Source: Savitreella phatthalungensis
Taxonomy: Eukaryota
DNA length: 59,114 bases
Direction of reading: 5' to 3'
NCBI GenBank assembly: GCA_051599415.1
Contig: AP039696.1
Coordinates: forward strand, 558,001-617,114
Part shown: positions 20,305 to 31,201 of the stretch, in pieces
How the letters are laid out: each line of letters opens with the position of its first letter
Position numbering within the stretch: the first letter of the stretch is position 1
Notes under the pieces: generated by a model
Told to the model about the DNA's origin: nothing
Database searches by the model: none
What the model saw: the letters and a program-made list of their open reading frames with translations, nothing else
Position numbers and translations under genes: made by a program

Positions 20305-22977
20305 ATGGGAACGGCAAGGAAGCGGAAGTTCTCCGCGGCAGCCAAGCGAGATGTTCAATTGCCGGAATCGCTCAAGTGGATTCCAGGACCTCTGAAGGAC
20401 AAGAAGGACCACAAAAATGTCTCGATTCAGCCGAACGAACCCGATATCGGGCTTTTGCGTATGCAGACAGAGACTCTGCTGCGTTCACTGCGCAAGCAGC
20501 ATAGTAAGAAATGCCGAAAGGCCATCGAGCTTGCCGGGCATCTGGGTCAAATCGCAGAGATCGGCCCACACAAGCTTTCGTGGTGGACAGCTTTGGCCAA
20601 GAAGAACGGGGCATCAATCGAATTTACACACAGATCGCCCGAGTCAGACTGCAAACTAGACTTCGCATTTCGGCCCTCTCAAATTGCTGCAGTGGCGGGC
20701 AAGGTGTATGTGACGATCTCTGCGGAGGATATACAGGAGAAAGACTACCTCAATGGTCGCATATTTTGGAAGCGCGACATCTATCATCACGTGCTGCGAG
20801 AACACCGTGAGCTCCTGGAGGTCGTGATCCCCGAAAACACATTTCCAGCTGCCAAGATCGCCTCCGATAGGAATTGCGTGCGCGACCTAGATGGCCCTAC
20901 CCCGGCCTATAATGCCCAGGTACATCAACTCCAGGAGGTTCTCCCGCTTGCTCGCGAGCTTGACCGCAACGATGAAATGCGCGATGTCTGGTTACTGCTG
21001 CAGCGTTTTGCAGAGCTGAGATATACAGGACTTTCAGACCAACAGTGCCTGAGCGTCGCAAGCGTGTCCCTACGAGCCAATGCGCTTGCATCGTTCCGCA
21101 GTGCACTCGAGTGGCTTAAATCGGGCCTGACTATCCCTCTGAACTCGATTGATGGAGATCGACTCAAACACGACTGCGACAAAGCCATTAGTCTGCTTGA
21201 TCGAGCCCTTGACCGTCAAAGTCAGGTCGAAGCATTTGCCGCGGTCTTCCTACACACTCAAAAGCATATTGACACTTTTGACGTCATCGTATCCAGTACT
21301 GAAAATCTCGACTTTGCGCGCCTCCGAACAGCTGTCGGCGAAAGAGTGAGCAATCTCACATGGATAGACCCGCTTCGGTGTGGGTTGCAGCTCAACGAGA
21401 AATCCTACAACCCGTTGACCATCGGTCCTGCATCAAGTGATAGACAGGCGGCAGCCGAGTTCCGACGTTTCTGGGGCGAACGTGCCGAGCTACGCAAGTT
21501 TAAGGACGGCAGAATCCTAGAATGCGTCTCGCACAACGACCCGGACCCCTTGGCCGATTGCTGCCGATTTGCGGCTGGCCGTCAGTTGACCATCATCGGA
21601 GAAAGGTTGACCGAAGATATTGACTACCTGGTAGAGTGCAAAGCTGCTCGCGCGGAATTTGACGGTTTCGCTCGCGAGGCTCGCGCGCTGGAAGATCTGC
21701 CCTTGCGAATAACAATGCTCCAGAGGTCGACTTATGGCGCTCAAGATGGCGAAGCGCTCATCGAGTTTGAGAGCAGTGGGCGCTGGCCAGATGATATCCT
21801 AGCTCTCCAACGAACCAAGGCTGCTGTGCTTCTATCCACTGCGACCGCCATGGAGGGTTTGCGATCCGTCAAGCAGGCCCGAGTAGCTCGCGATGCTCTG
21901 CTGGAACACACTTTCTTCCTCGAAGTCACGCTTCCTTCCGGCCAGGTTTTCAATTTGCGCATTCGTCACGACCGCGAGCGCGAGCTTCTGTCTTCTCAGC
22001 ACGATGATGACAAAGCCTCGCAGATGTGGATTTGTCGCTTCGATGCGCCTATCCGGCATGTCTCCGCGATGCAGGCACTCGAAGGCCTGCACCCGTCATT
22101 CACGCTTGCGCAACACTTGCTCGACACATGGTTCGCCTCACATCTCCTTAGCAGGCACTTCCCGGCGATGTGGCGGGAGTCGCTGCTGGCTACTGTCTAT
22201 CTCTCCCCAGGTGCTTTGGATGCGCCGCGCTCAGCGTTTTGCGCCTTTCAAAGATGTCTTCGTTTCCTCGCTACCTGGGACTGGCGAGTCGATGCGCTTA
22301 CCGTTCCGACCAGCGCCGACTCTGGGGAGAGTGTCAGAGGCGACGCTCTCATAGCGCTCAATACGCGCGCAGAGAACCTGTTGCAAGCCCTGCGTTCCAA
22401 AGATCCGGCAATGCGAAAATCCGGAATGGTTGTGGTCGCAAATTGTCATCCTGCTGGCGAACTGCTTGCCGCCTTGCCTCCTCCGGACCGGACAGCATCG
22501 TTACGGCTGACGGCGTTGGCCAAAGCTTGTGTGCCGCTGCTCTGCCAAGAGGATCTTGTGTCGCAGCGCCAAGTCCTGATGTCAAGACTTTGCACACCTG
22601 CGTTGGAAGACTACGACGTCGTCCTACACTTGTATGGTGCTAGACCCCAAAAATACAAAAATCTGAACAACACACAAGAAGCGAGACTCCTAACGACAGT
22701 ACTGCAATGTTTCGTTGACGACCTGGAACGCGTCTACGGGGATACGAGCAAGTTCTTCGCTGGAGACTTTTCAGCGCAAGCCTCACAACACGCAGTCGGC
22801 ATGCTGTTCGATCGCGTAGTGCGTGATAAGACCTTGCGTTTCAGAGTCAATGGCAACATGAATGCAATGCGAGCTGAAGATGATGAGGATGAGCATGTTC
22901 AGCTCAACAGCGAAGCCGTCCTCGCCGAGATCCAGCGCCTCGGTCACGGAATCGTGTCGCGGATCCAGATAAACTAG
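20305..22977 (+). CDS. UTP22: U3 snoRNA-associated protein Utp22 / Nrap (NOL6)
   Basis: QEKDYLNGRIFWKR, AAAEFRRFWGERAELRKFKDGRILECV, LEDLPLRI, IEFESSGRWPDDILALQRTKAA, EIQRLGHGIVSRI. Confidence 0.93.
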   Translation: MGTARKRKFSAAAKRDVQLPESLKWIPGPLKDKKDHKNVSIQPNEPDIGLLRMQTETLLRSLRKQHSKKCRKAIELAGHLGQIAEIGPHKLSWWTALAKKNGASIEFTHRSPESDCKLDFAFRPSQIAAVAGKVYVTISAEDIQEKDYLNGRIFWKRDIYHHVLREHRELLEVVIPENTFPAAKIASDRNCVRDLDGPTPAYNAQVHQLQEVLPLARELDRNDEMRDVWLLLQRFAELRYTGLSDQQCLSVASVSLRANALASFRSALEWLKSGLTIPLNSIDGDRLKHDCDKAISLLDRALDRQSQVEAFAAVFLHTQKHIDTFDVIVSSTENLDFARLRTAVGERVSNLTWIDPLRCGLQLNEKSYNPLTIGPASSDRQAAAEFRRFWGERAELRKFKDGRILECVSHNDPDPLADCCRFAAGRQLTIIGERLTEDIDYLVECKAARAEFDGFAREARALEDLPLRITMLQRSTYGAQDGEALIEFESSGRWPDDILALQRTKAAVLLSTATAMEGLRSVKQARVARDALLEHTFFLEVTLPSGQVFNLRIRHDRERELLSSQHDDDKASQMWICRFDAPIRHVSAMQALEGLHPSFTLAQHLLDTWFASHLLSRHFPAMWRESLLATVYLSPGALDAPRSAFCAFQRCLRFLATWDWRVDALTVPTSADSGESVRGDALIALNTRAENLLQALRSKDPAMRKSGMVVVANCHPAGELLAALPPPDRTASLRLTALAKACVPLLCQEDLVSQRQVLMSRLCTPALEDYDVVLHLYGARPQKYKNLNNTQEARLLTTVLQCFVDDLERVYGDTSKFFAGDFSAQASQHAVGMLFDRVVRDKTLRFRVNGNMNAMRAEDDEDEHVQLNSEAVLAEIQRLGHGIVSRIQIN

Positions 22978-23004
22978 ATGGACAGAGTCTTGTAAAACTG
23001 TTAC

Positions 23005-24006
23005 TTAAGTAGATGAGCCGACCTCAGGGATCCATTTGCCGATGCGCTGCAGCATTTCGCCTTTCGGGACTATCGAACGGTTGAGGTGAACCAAGCGGGT
23101 CGGCGCGAGCTGGCTGGTGGGATCCATGAGCATGCGAACACGATCATACGTGGCCTCACCGTCCGCTGATAGAGGTGTATATGTCGAGATGGAGGGAGCT
23201 TCGGCAAACTCAGGAGCTGAAGGCTCGTATGGTATAGAAGACACAGTGCGCTTTGCCATTCTGGCTTGCACCTTTGCTTGTCTGTCGGCCTCCTCGCCGC
23301 GCGAGCCAGCACGGGGAGCCCTTGGCCGTGGTGGGCCACGGTTCCTTCGAATTGAGCTTACTTTTGCCGAGCCATCCTGCACAGAGCTATTGCCGAAACG
23401 CGTCGCGGCGGCCTTCGGCTCCCGCTGACGTTGCTGGAGACGTTGTCTCCGAGTAGGACTGGTCAGCATCCGTGAATCCAAGCGCTTCTGCCGTTCTGTC
23501 TCGAGCTCTTTTATTCTTCGAGCTAATCTAGAGTTGCCCTCGGCAGGTGTTGTTTGTGTACCGGGTCGTTGCTCTGCAGAAAGAGGATCTGGCAGCGAGA
23601 CGTCGGCTTGCTTAGAGTCCGACATTTTGCGCCGCCTGCGAGCGTCCCGATGTTGGGCCAAGACAGCTGGTCGAATGGGTTCTGCATCGACCACTTCGGT
23701 CCCGAACTGATGCTGTGATCCATTCAAAGTGCCTTTAGCCAATCTCTCGAGGAAGCGCGATCGCGGGTTATCAAAGAGCTCCGGATTCTTGCCGACGGAC
23801 TTCCTCTGTGCCAGCTTTTGTAGATCCCTGCTTAAACTCGATGATTTCGTTTTTGGAACAGTCGACGCCGCCGATGCGCCAGTCGTGGTAGTAGCAATAC
23901 CCGCGGAGGATGTAAGGCTTGCCTTCCAACGAATGAACATGCGAGACATCGCCTGACCTTTTGACGCTCGGTGTAACCAAGATGAAAGACAGAGACGTCT
24001 TTTCAT
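23005..24006 (-). CDS. Hypothetical basic protein with possible mitochondrial presequence
   Basis: 333-aa ATG ORF with an Arg/Ser/Leu-rich, acid-free N-terminus; no recognised domain; start could be a downstream Met. Confidence 0.65.
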   Translation of the reverse strand: MKRRLCLSSWLHRASKGQAMSRMFIRWKASLTSSAGIATTTTGASAASTVPKTKSSSLSRDLQKLAQRKSVGKNPELFDNPRSRFLERLAKGTLNGSQHQFGTEVVDAEPIRPAVLAQHRDARRRRKMSDSKQADVSLPDPLSAEQRPGTQTTPAEGNSRLARRIKELETERQKRLDSRMLTSPTRRQRLQQRQREPKAAATRFGNSSVQDGSAKVSSIRRNRGPPRPRAPRAGSRGEEADRQAKVQARMAKRTVSSIPYEPSAPEFAEAPSISTYTPLSADGEATYDRVRMLMDPTSQLAPTRLVHLNRSIVPKGEMLQRIGKWIPEVGSST

Positions 24007-24404
24007 ATTTGCCTGCTCATTTACAAGATCACGTGTGATTGATTTGGGCTCGCAACCTTTTGTCGTATTACAGACCTATTGCTGTCCTCAGTCAACGCAG
24101 GTACGCAACTTCAAAATAGCTCGGTGTATCCTGCATCGAGTCAAATGCTTCGATTATCCCGGCAAAGTCAAACTATGAATTGCGCTTGATCTTGGTCAAA
24201 TCATATTTTGAAGATTATGCCAATATTTAAATTCAACAATTCGATCGGGGTCGATCTTAATTACTCAGGTTTGAGACCACTTTATAGCTATTTCTATATA
24301 CGAATACACTGTCTGTACATACGCGCGCATATACACGTACGCTCGTATTCAATCACATGTGTTTTTATTCGAAATATGAGATCAGTATCCTGGATGATTT
24401 CGCC

Positions 24405-26279
24405 TCACCCGAGATGCACCAGTACGACGATACGCTCGCGATCCCTGTCATTTGGCTCACTTGATGTGGTCGGAGCCTCCGACTCAGCTTCGATTGTTAC
24501 CTCGATACAGTTGACGCCTGTACTGAGGCGTACGTCGTAAATACTGTGTTGGACCGGCTTGCTGTCCGTGCCGCGGACTTCACTTGGAGATGTTTTCCGC
24601 GTTGTTATGAGGGATCGTCCGTTGAGCCGAACTGCAAATATTGCGCTGCGCGCGGCTGGTCCATGAGCAGAATCAGTCATACGTGATGCCAGCTGAGGAG
24701 CACAGGCCAACATGTTTGCCTCCAGTGGGAGGTGCCAAACGACCTTGTGTTCAGCCTTGCCCGCTTCACCAGCGACGTGTAATACGAACGGCGGATATAC
24801 AGTGGTTGTCGCTATCGTGAATCCCTCGATCATCGGGCGATCACTCGAGCTCTGAAATTGCTCGCTTGCGGTATACTGAACACGCTCGGCTTCCGGCAGC
24901 GCTGCGGCTGCTTCCTGGGCAGCCTTGATTGCTGCATCGGGACGTGTCGGAATAGGCGCAGCCTGTGGCGCCACCGCACGTACTTCCTCGGTTTCTTGGA
25001 CGGTGACAGTCTCGCGAAGAGCACTTTCACGTCGACCGAGACCGAGTCTGCGAGCACCCGGCGACGCCTGAACACTTTCGGCACGTAGTCGACTCAGGCG
25101 ACCAAGCTGAGGTGCTGCGGCGGCAGCGGTTGCCCTGGCGGCCTCCTCCTCTTCAACTTCCTTCATTGTCTGCTTGCTCTCCATGATCATTTGATCTGAG
25201 ATTCGACGCAAAGCAATAATATCCTTTCCTTGGGCCGAGTCGCTTCCGTAATAATCGATCGTGTTCTTATAAACTTCGGCCAGATCATCGCCGAATCGTT
25301 CGAGCGTCTTGTAGGGATTCTTCCGAGCCTTGACAAATATGAAGCCAAGCGAGATTTGCCGTGAGGCTTTCTGCCAATAGCCTGGATGCTCTTTCTTGCT
25401 GGGCATATCCTCAAATTGGTCCCAGCGCAGCCGCCCGTCCGCGTCTCTATCCCAGCGAAGGTAGGCGAGAATACGTAAGATTGCATCCTTTAAATTGCGC
25501 GGCAGTGAAATCGTAGCAGGATCCACCAGCGGTGCGGGCGTCTGCTGTCTGCGAACAAGACCCCGCCGGCCAGCGCGACCGCGGCCTCTGCGCGCTGACG
25601 TAGCACGATTTGGAGATGCGCTCGCGGAGACGTCAGCTTCATCGACGACCCCATCCTCTCCTTTCATGACCCGATCGTCATCAGCGTCCGCATCGTCATC
25701 CTCATCACCAGGATCCTCGTCTCCATCAACATCCTCGTTTTCGTCCTCATTCTCTTCCTCGTCAGCATGACTCTCGCCGTCCGAATGCTCGTCGTCATTG
25801 TCGCGATCCACCAAGGTCCAGCCGTCGACAAATCCAGCAATCTGTTGCGCCGCTGCATACAGGAAACTTGCCTTGTCGTTGTATTCCTGCGCATTGCGCG
25901 CCATAAGAAGCAGGTCAGACTTAACAGCTTCGAGATCCTCATACTCACCGCGCTTGAGCGACTTCCTGATCATGTCCATAGCGATAGGCTGCTTAATGAT
26001 CTCGTAATAGTCCGGGAATGCGCGCTTCGATGGCAGTTTCATAAAGGGCTCGATTATGAAGTCCTCCTCATCCCGCAATAGGACGACAGCATCGAGCAGA
26101 GCGTTCGCGTCTGCTGTGAGATCTCCCCGACTTGACATTGGTGCCTGTCTTTGCGCTGTGAAGAGGTTAGACCTTGTCACTGTGCTCTCTCCGCCGGACA
26201 TCGAGTCAGAAGCACCGTCGAGGCGCATCCTCTTGTTCCTGCCGGGACCTCCGGAGTCCCCCTCACGCCGCCTGCTCAT
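24405..26279 (-). CDS. Tandem bromodomain chromatin-remodelling protein (Rsc4-like)
   Basis: Bromodomain 1 PFMKLPSKRAFPDYYEIIKQPIAM...NAQEYN; degenerate bromodomain 2 FEDMPSKKEHPGYW...NTIDYY; C-terminal beta domain LSTGVNCIEV. Confidence 0.8.
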   Translation of the reverse strand: MSRRREGDSGGPGRNKRMRLDGASDSMSGGESTVTRSNLFTAQRQAPMSSRGDLTADANALLDAVVLLRDEEDFIIEPFMKLPSKRAFPDYYEIIKQPIAMDMIRKSLKRGEYEDLEAVKSDLLLMARNAQEYNDKASFLYAAAQQIAGFVDGWTLVDRDNDDEHSDGESHADEEENEDENEDVDGDEDPGDEDDDADADDDRVMKGEDGVVDEADVSASASPNRATSARRGRGRAGRRGLVRRQQTPAPLVDPATISLPRNLKDAILRILAYLRWDRDADGRLRWDQFEDMPSKKEHPGYWQKASRQISLGFIFVKARKNPYKTLERFGDDLAEVYKNTIDYYGSDSAQGKDIIALRRISDQMIMESKQTMKEVEEEEAARATAAAAAPQLGRLSRLRAESVQASPGARRLGLGRRESALRETVTVQETEEVRAVAPQAAPIPTRPDAAIKAAQEAAAALPEAERVQYTASEQFQSSSDRPMIEGFTIATTTVYPPFVLHVAGEAGKAEHKVVWHLPLEANMLACAPQLASRMTDSAHGPAARSAIFAVRLNGRSLITTRKTSPSEVRGTDSKPVQHSIYDVRLSTGVNCIEVTIEAESEAPTTSSEPNDRDRERIVVLVHLG

Positions 26280-26522
26280 CGCGTTATAAGCACCGATCGT
26301 ATGAACCTGCGCTAACGATCAAATCAGGGAGGAACTAGGCCGAAGACACGCTCGTGACAATTTCGGACGCTTTCTGCAAAGCTGTCTCTTTCTTGCTGCA
26401 ATTTCGTCCGACGAGCGCAAGCACGCGAAAAAACAGATGGAGCCAATTATACCCATTGAGAGACTGGCACGACATTAAATTAAGCGCACCTTTGGGTGCC
26501 GGTGACATTGCCCACTCACAAC

Positions 26523-26831
26523 ATGCCACAGGACTCGGGCCGCGTCCGGCCACTCACAGAATCGGAAAACAAAGCACTAGATCCGTTTCGCCCTGACATT
26601 CATTACTCGACACGCTACAAGGACGATTTGCACGAATACCGGCATGTGATCCTGCCAAAGCTAATGCTCAAGAGCATACCACGCGACTACTTCGATGCAG
26701 AATCCGGTACCCTCAAGTTATTGCTCGAGGAAGAATGGCGCGCGCTTGGAATTACGCAGAGTCTCGGCTGGTCGCATTATGAGACACATCAGCCGGAGCC
26801 GTGGATCTTGCTATTCAAGCGCGACCTGTAG
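26523..26831 (+). CDS. CKS1: Cyclin-dependent kinase regulatory subunit Cks1/Suc1
   Basis: [21 protein letters not shown]...[35 protein letters not shown]; first ATG at 26523. Confidence 0.96.
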   Translation: MPQDSGRVRPLTESENKALDPFRPDIHYSTRYKDDLHEYRHVILPKLMLKSIPRDYFDAESGTLKLLLEEEWRALGITQSLGWSHYETHQPEPWILLFKRDL

Positions 26832-26917
26832 AGCATTTCCCCTTAGTAGCAACAAGACCCGCACGACAACGTCCTTAATCATGACATCTTCTCCAATTTT
26901 CCCACGAGCCTAGTCAA

Positions 26918-28906
26918 TCACTGCTCGGCCGTCGCGAACGGACGTACACGGGCTTCCGGGCTCACCGGCCTGCTTGCTTGTGGCGTCTCGCTCTCTGTTG
27001 CCCTCCGCCGTGCACGTGCTCTGTCTACCTGCTCTTGCAGACCTATTTGCCGTTGACGTCGTTGTTCTTCACGTTCCTTGACCTGCCACGCTGGCTCACG
27101 GTCCGGATCATCAGAAGGCGAATTCACCGGCTCGATCCCTTCGATTTCCGCAGGCACAGAAGACACGCGAGATGGTGGCGTAGCTGCGGAAGTCTCTCTT
27201 GTCCGGGCTCGTCCTTCTGTGCCAGCTCCAAGGGCACTGCCCAATGAAAATCCGGAATATGATGAGTGTCTCACGGGCGCACATTGACCTCCCACGGCCG
27301 TGCGGTGGCTCTGCGATTCCCAATAATCCGGTTCCTGCCCGTGGAAGCGGAAAGGGGCTTGAATTGTGGGAGGGTCGCGATGACGAGCTGCGGCTAGTTG
27401 AAGCCTTCGGGCGGCCTCTACGTTATCCACTGAGCCATCGCGCGCTGGCGGCGCAGTTGGGCGTCGCGCAGCTGAGAGACTTACCTGGTCGATCCTGTCG
27501 TTGATAGCTGCCAACAGGGAGTCCTCATATTTCGGCAGGGAGCCCGGCTCTGCGTCTTGGCCGTTCATACTGTCGTAGTAATCATCCGGAGGCGCATAAC
27601 GCCGACGCATCTTGATGGGCTTTCCATCCTGCTGCTCACTGGGTATGCCATAGTACTCGTCAGCGAAGATCCAGACAGGGATGCGTATGCGACATGCATT
27701 GATCGGTATACCACCGCCGCTAGACCCTGTTAATTCAAACTTCATGACCACTCGATATGTCCTATCAACGAGACAGCTTTCGAATTCTGGCACTGCCACG
27801 TAACCTTTGCCGCAGATTGTGACTGGCACCTCGAGCTCCGTGGTGTACACACCTGGCCTAGCGGCCAACCAGGTAGGTTGACGATCCTTTGCGTACTCCC
27901 ATCGATTCAGCCGACACTCAATGGCGCGTTTGGAGTCGTCCTGCCCACCCTCGAGGATGTGCTCTGAGCGGACTGATGTGATAGCAATGAGTTTGAGTCC
28001 AATGGCCGAGATTTTTGGCGGTTTGCTTGTCGTCGAGTGGAATTCGAGTGTAAAGGGAACACGCGTCGTCATCTGATGCTCCTCCAAACTGCTAAGCAGC
28101 GCCGGAGGTCGAGGGAGGACGATACGGAAGCTCCCAATCTTACCGCCGACTGTGCGCGTGACATCTTGCTCGACCGTCACGGACGAGTCATAATCCGGAG
28201 GAGGATTGAAGGTGCCCGGCACCGTAAAGTGTCGCGGAGCGACGCGGAAGGGCTGCGTGTAGCGTTTCAACAATTCTCGCCCGCGGAGTAGCTCCGCCTG
28301 GATTGTATACTCAATCTCCGCTGGTGTCGGGTGGCGAGGCGACATATCGTCCAATCCATCGTCCCGGTCAGTGCCGAGAGTCGGTGGCAACAGCAGATGA
28401 TAGGGCATCTGCAGTGGACACACAGTCTCGAGCAGTGTCTCCGGCAACCGGAACCAGAACTTTGTCAAAACTGGGCGTGTGACGCCGGCTACAGGCGTGC
28501 AGGCGCCACTGCTCGTACCTTCATTGGAGCTCGACAGCGTCGCGTCGAGTTCGTACTTCTTCGTTAGACGAAGGAACTCCCACTCGCGCTCAATGTCGCG
28601 ATAGGCGCCGTTTACGAATCGATTCTCTGTGATGTAGCAAGTGCCAACGAGGTGAATTTTGACTCGATCTGCTTCCGGTAACGTGGCGTGCTCGACCTCC
28701 CCCTGAACCTTGTCAAGCGATCTGTATGCGTATTTTTGGTCAAGAGTGATATGAGACCACTCTCGAGATTCAGGCGCACGAGTACGTGACCGGGATCTCG
28801 ACCTGTCGCGTTCGACGTGAGTCGGGACGTGGGCGTGGCTCGTCGATGCAATCATCATTGGAGGTAGCTGCGCCAACGACGGAATGGTCGGATCTGGTCT
28901 CGGCAT
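26918..28906 (-). CDS. Alpha-arrestin/Bul1-like ubiquitin-ligase adaptor
   Basis: Beta-sandwich segments (HLLLPPT, AEIEYTIQAEL, VPEFESCLVDRTYRV) plus PY motifs PPPDY and LPKY. Confidence 0.72.
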   Translation of the reverse strand: MPRPDPTIPSLAQLPPMMIASTSHAHVPTHVERDRSRSRSRTRAPESREWSHITLDQKYAYRSLDKVQGEVEHATLPEADRVKIHLVGTCYITENRFVNGAYRDIEREWEFLRLTKKYELDATLSSSNEGTSSGACTPVAGVTRPVLTKFWFRLPETLLETVCPLQMPYHLLLPPTLGTDRDDGLDDMSPRHPTPAEIEYTIQAELLRGRELLKRYTQPFRVAPRHFTVPGTFNPPPDYDSSVTVEQDVTRTVGGKIGSFRIVLPRPPALLSSLEEHQMTTRVPFTLEFHSTTSKPPKISAIGLKLIAITSVRSEHILEGGQDDSKRAIECRLNRWEYAKDRQPTWLAARPGVYTTELEVPVTICGKGYVAVPEFESCLVDRTYRVVMKFELTGSSGGGIPINACRIRIPVWIFADEYYGIPSEQQDGKPIKMRRRYAPPDDYYDSMNGQDAEPGSLPKYEDSLLAAINDRIDQVSLSAARRPTAPPARDGSVDNVEAARRLQLAAARHRDPPTIQAPFRFHGQEPDYWESQSHRTAVGGQCAPVRHSSYSGFSLGSALGAGTEGRARTRETSAATPPSRVSSVPAEIEGIEPVNSPSDDPDREPAWQVKEREEQRRQRQIGLQEQVDRARARRRATESETPQASRPVSPEARVRPFATAEQ

Positions 28907-29333
28907 CGTACCGGCCACCAGTTCTTACTTCGATCTATCGCGTCTTGATACGTCCCGGGCCTCCGACTGGACTATCTAGTGTCGCACAAAGCGTCGGACG
29001 ATAAGATCACACAGAGAGAGAAACTTCGACGACAACTGCATGCTTTATCGTCAATAATCCCGCAATTTTGTCGAGGACCATGAAGCATTTGGAAGTCTCC
29101 GAAATAGGCAAGCGGAGCCGGGCTGGAGGAAAGCTGGAGCCCGTCCGCGCCTGGAGCTGCCCGTCCGTAGGGAAACCGTAACCAGGAAAAGATGGCCTCG
29201 CAGGTAACTGTGTGCTGCAACATGACTCGCGAGATCTCCCATTGTGACAAAGTAATGAATTAAGGATTGTAAGGAAGCTTATACTATACGAGGATCGATC
29301 CGGCGAGGGTGACCGAGTGGCACAAAAGCTGAT

Positions 29334-30830
29334 CTATATGAGCTGCGCCAAGAGTGATTTGAGTTTGTCGCGCGATTGTCGCCGAGTCAAGATGTCCTCA
29401 TGATCTACGTGATCGATGGTTTCCAACTTGCCGTGATCCGACAAACGGGATAGGTCGAGTTGCTTTTCGGCCCATACCTTGGATCGCTGAACGTGCTTGC
29501 CAGCGGCGGCCACGATCATCGGAACACTGCGTGGAAGGATAGCCCGCGCAGCAAGCAGCTCATTATGAGTCAAGGCGGCACCCAAGCTCTCGCTGAGTCG
29601 CGCTTTGGTCCAACGGCCTCCGCGCCACGCGCTGCGGCCCCAAGTACGATCCTCACGAGTGCGTCCACCAAATATCCAGAGGAAAAGGCGGTCCACCCCC
29701 AGTGGAGAAATCCATCCACGTAGGAAGAGGAGGATGGCATTGTTCGCATTCAGCTGCTCGCCAAGCAAGTCCTCGTGCAGCGTGTCGATTAGCAGGAGGC
29801 CATTCGTCTGCGACGTGTGTCGAGAAGCAAACACGCGAGCATAGACACCGCCGACGCCGTGCGTCGCGATGACATAAGGACCATCGATCTCGGCCTCAAT
29901 CAGAGCTTCACTAAGGGCGTCGGCGACCGCACCGGCTGACTGCGGACTTGGTGCATTGTCAGACCAGCCATACCCTGGTCTATCCCAATAACAGAATCTA
30001 TCGATCTTTCCCTCTGCCAGCGCTTCGTTTACCCAAGGTACTAGACCATATTCGACACTGTTTTCCCCACCTTCGAGAATCACTGTCGCGCTGCCGTTCC
30101 TGCTTGAACCAACGCACGCCAGATGGACTTGATAGATATTGCCGTCTATCCAGTACCGCTGGCCTGGCGCGGCAAGTGTTCCATCATTGCAGCGCAGAAT
30201 GATCGTAAGAAAAGTGAGGACGCAGATCAGTAGCAGGAGCGAAAAGGAAATCAGAGATAGAAGCACCTTGAACCACTCGCCCAATGTCCGTCTCGTCTGG
30301 ACGTAGCCAAGCAGGCGCTCCTCTTCCTCCTCTTTACCCCACTGAACCGTGCGGTCCGTGACTATCACCCAAGCGGCCATCAAAGCAGCCCATAAGCAGG
30401 TTGCGATACCCGTCCATCCCTCATCTGTCCTAAGTCGGCTGACGGCGACGATGAAAATGAAATCGGCGAGGAGGAAGGCTGATATGGCCAAAGCGAGAAT
30501 GCGGTCAGCTTTGGAAGGTGTAGAAAAGTAAAGCAAGTCGAATGCGAGAATGAAAACCGCGATGGTCGAAAAGCTGAGCTGAGTGAATCCGGACCCGCGC
30601 GAGTGCAGCTTTGGGGAGAGAGTGATGAATGTCATGATGACCTGCACGATCCACCATGCAAAGGAGATGAGCAACAAAAAGACGGTGAATCTACGAAGGT
30701 TTCGGACCACGAGCAAATTCAAAGGTGAGATTTGCACAGCATCGTCTTCGGCGTTGATCAGCCTCGTGCGCTCTGTTGCGCGGGTCGATCGACGTGAGCT
30801 TGCATCTTGGACACTCTCGACGTCCGACAT
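29334..30830 (-). CDS. Polytopic membrane protein with C-terminal alpha/beta-hydrolase-fold domain
   Basis: About five TM helices, then YQVHLACVG, TVILEGGE, FCYWDRPGYGWSDNAPSP, GLLLIDTLHED. Confidence 0.85.
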   Translation of the reverse strand: MSDVESVQDASSRRSTRATERTRLINAEDDAVQISPLNLLVVRNLRRFTVFLLLISFAWWIVQVIMTFITLSPKLHSRGSGFTQLSFSTIAVFILAFDLLYFSTPSKADRILALAISAFLLADFIFIVAVSRLRTDEGWTGIATCLWAALMAAWVIVTDRTVQWGKEEEEERLLGYVQTRRTLGEWFKVLLSLISFSLLLLICVLTFLTIILRCNDGTLAAPGQRYWIDGNIYQVHLACVGSSRNGSATVILEGGENSVEYGLVPWVNEALAEGKIDRFCYWDRPGYGWSDNAPSPQSAGAVADALSEALIEAEIDGPYVIATHGVGGVYARVFASRHTSQTNGLLLIDTLHEDLLGEQLNANNAILLFLRGWISPLGVDRLFLWIFGGRTREDRTWGRSAWRGGRWTKARLSESLGAALTHNELLAARAILPRSVPMIVAAAGKHVQRSKVWAEKQLDLSRLSDHGKLETIDHVDHEDILTRRQSRDKLKSLLAQLI

Positions 30831-31201
30831 GCCGATGTTTGTGAGCTCTTTTGCGCTGGTCGGCGAAAGGCACCGTCCCTTTTACTGGACGACTCGGGCA
30901 CAAACAGTGTGCGCTCCTTCGTCTGCAGCCTGTATAACGCAGCTGAGATGCGTGCGAATACACATGGCACCGAATATCGTGCTGAGCTCTGTTGGGACCA
31001 ATTGCGGATGACGTCAATTACCCATTTCAAATAAAACCTAATTTACTTTCTGTTTCTGTGATGATCTAGCGAAATCTGCAATGGCTGCAATGCGCAGCGC
31101 AGCGGAGCTGTCAAATGCTCTAATCAACTCGTTCCTTGCATCACGCACTCGCGCGCGTGGTTCTTGTCATGGTGGTCGTCATGCGGTGCACCCACGGCTC
31201 A

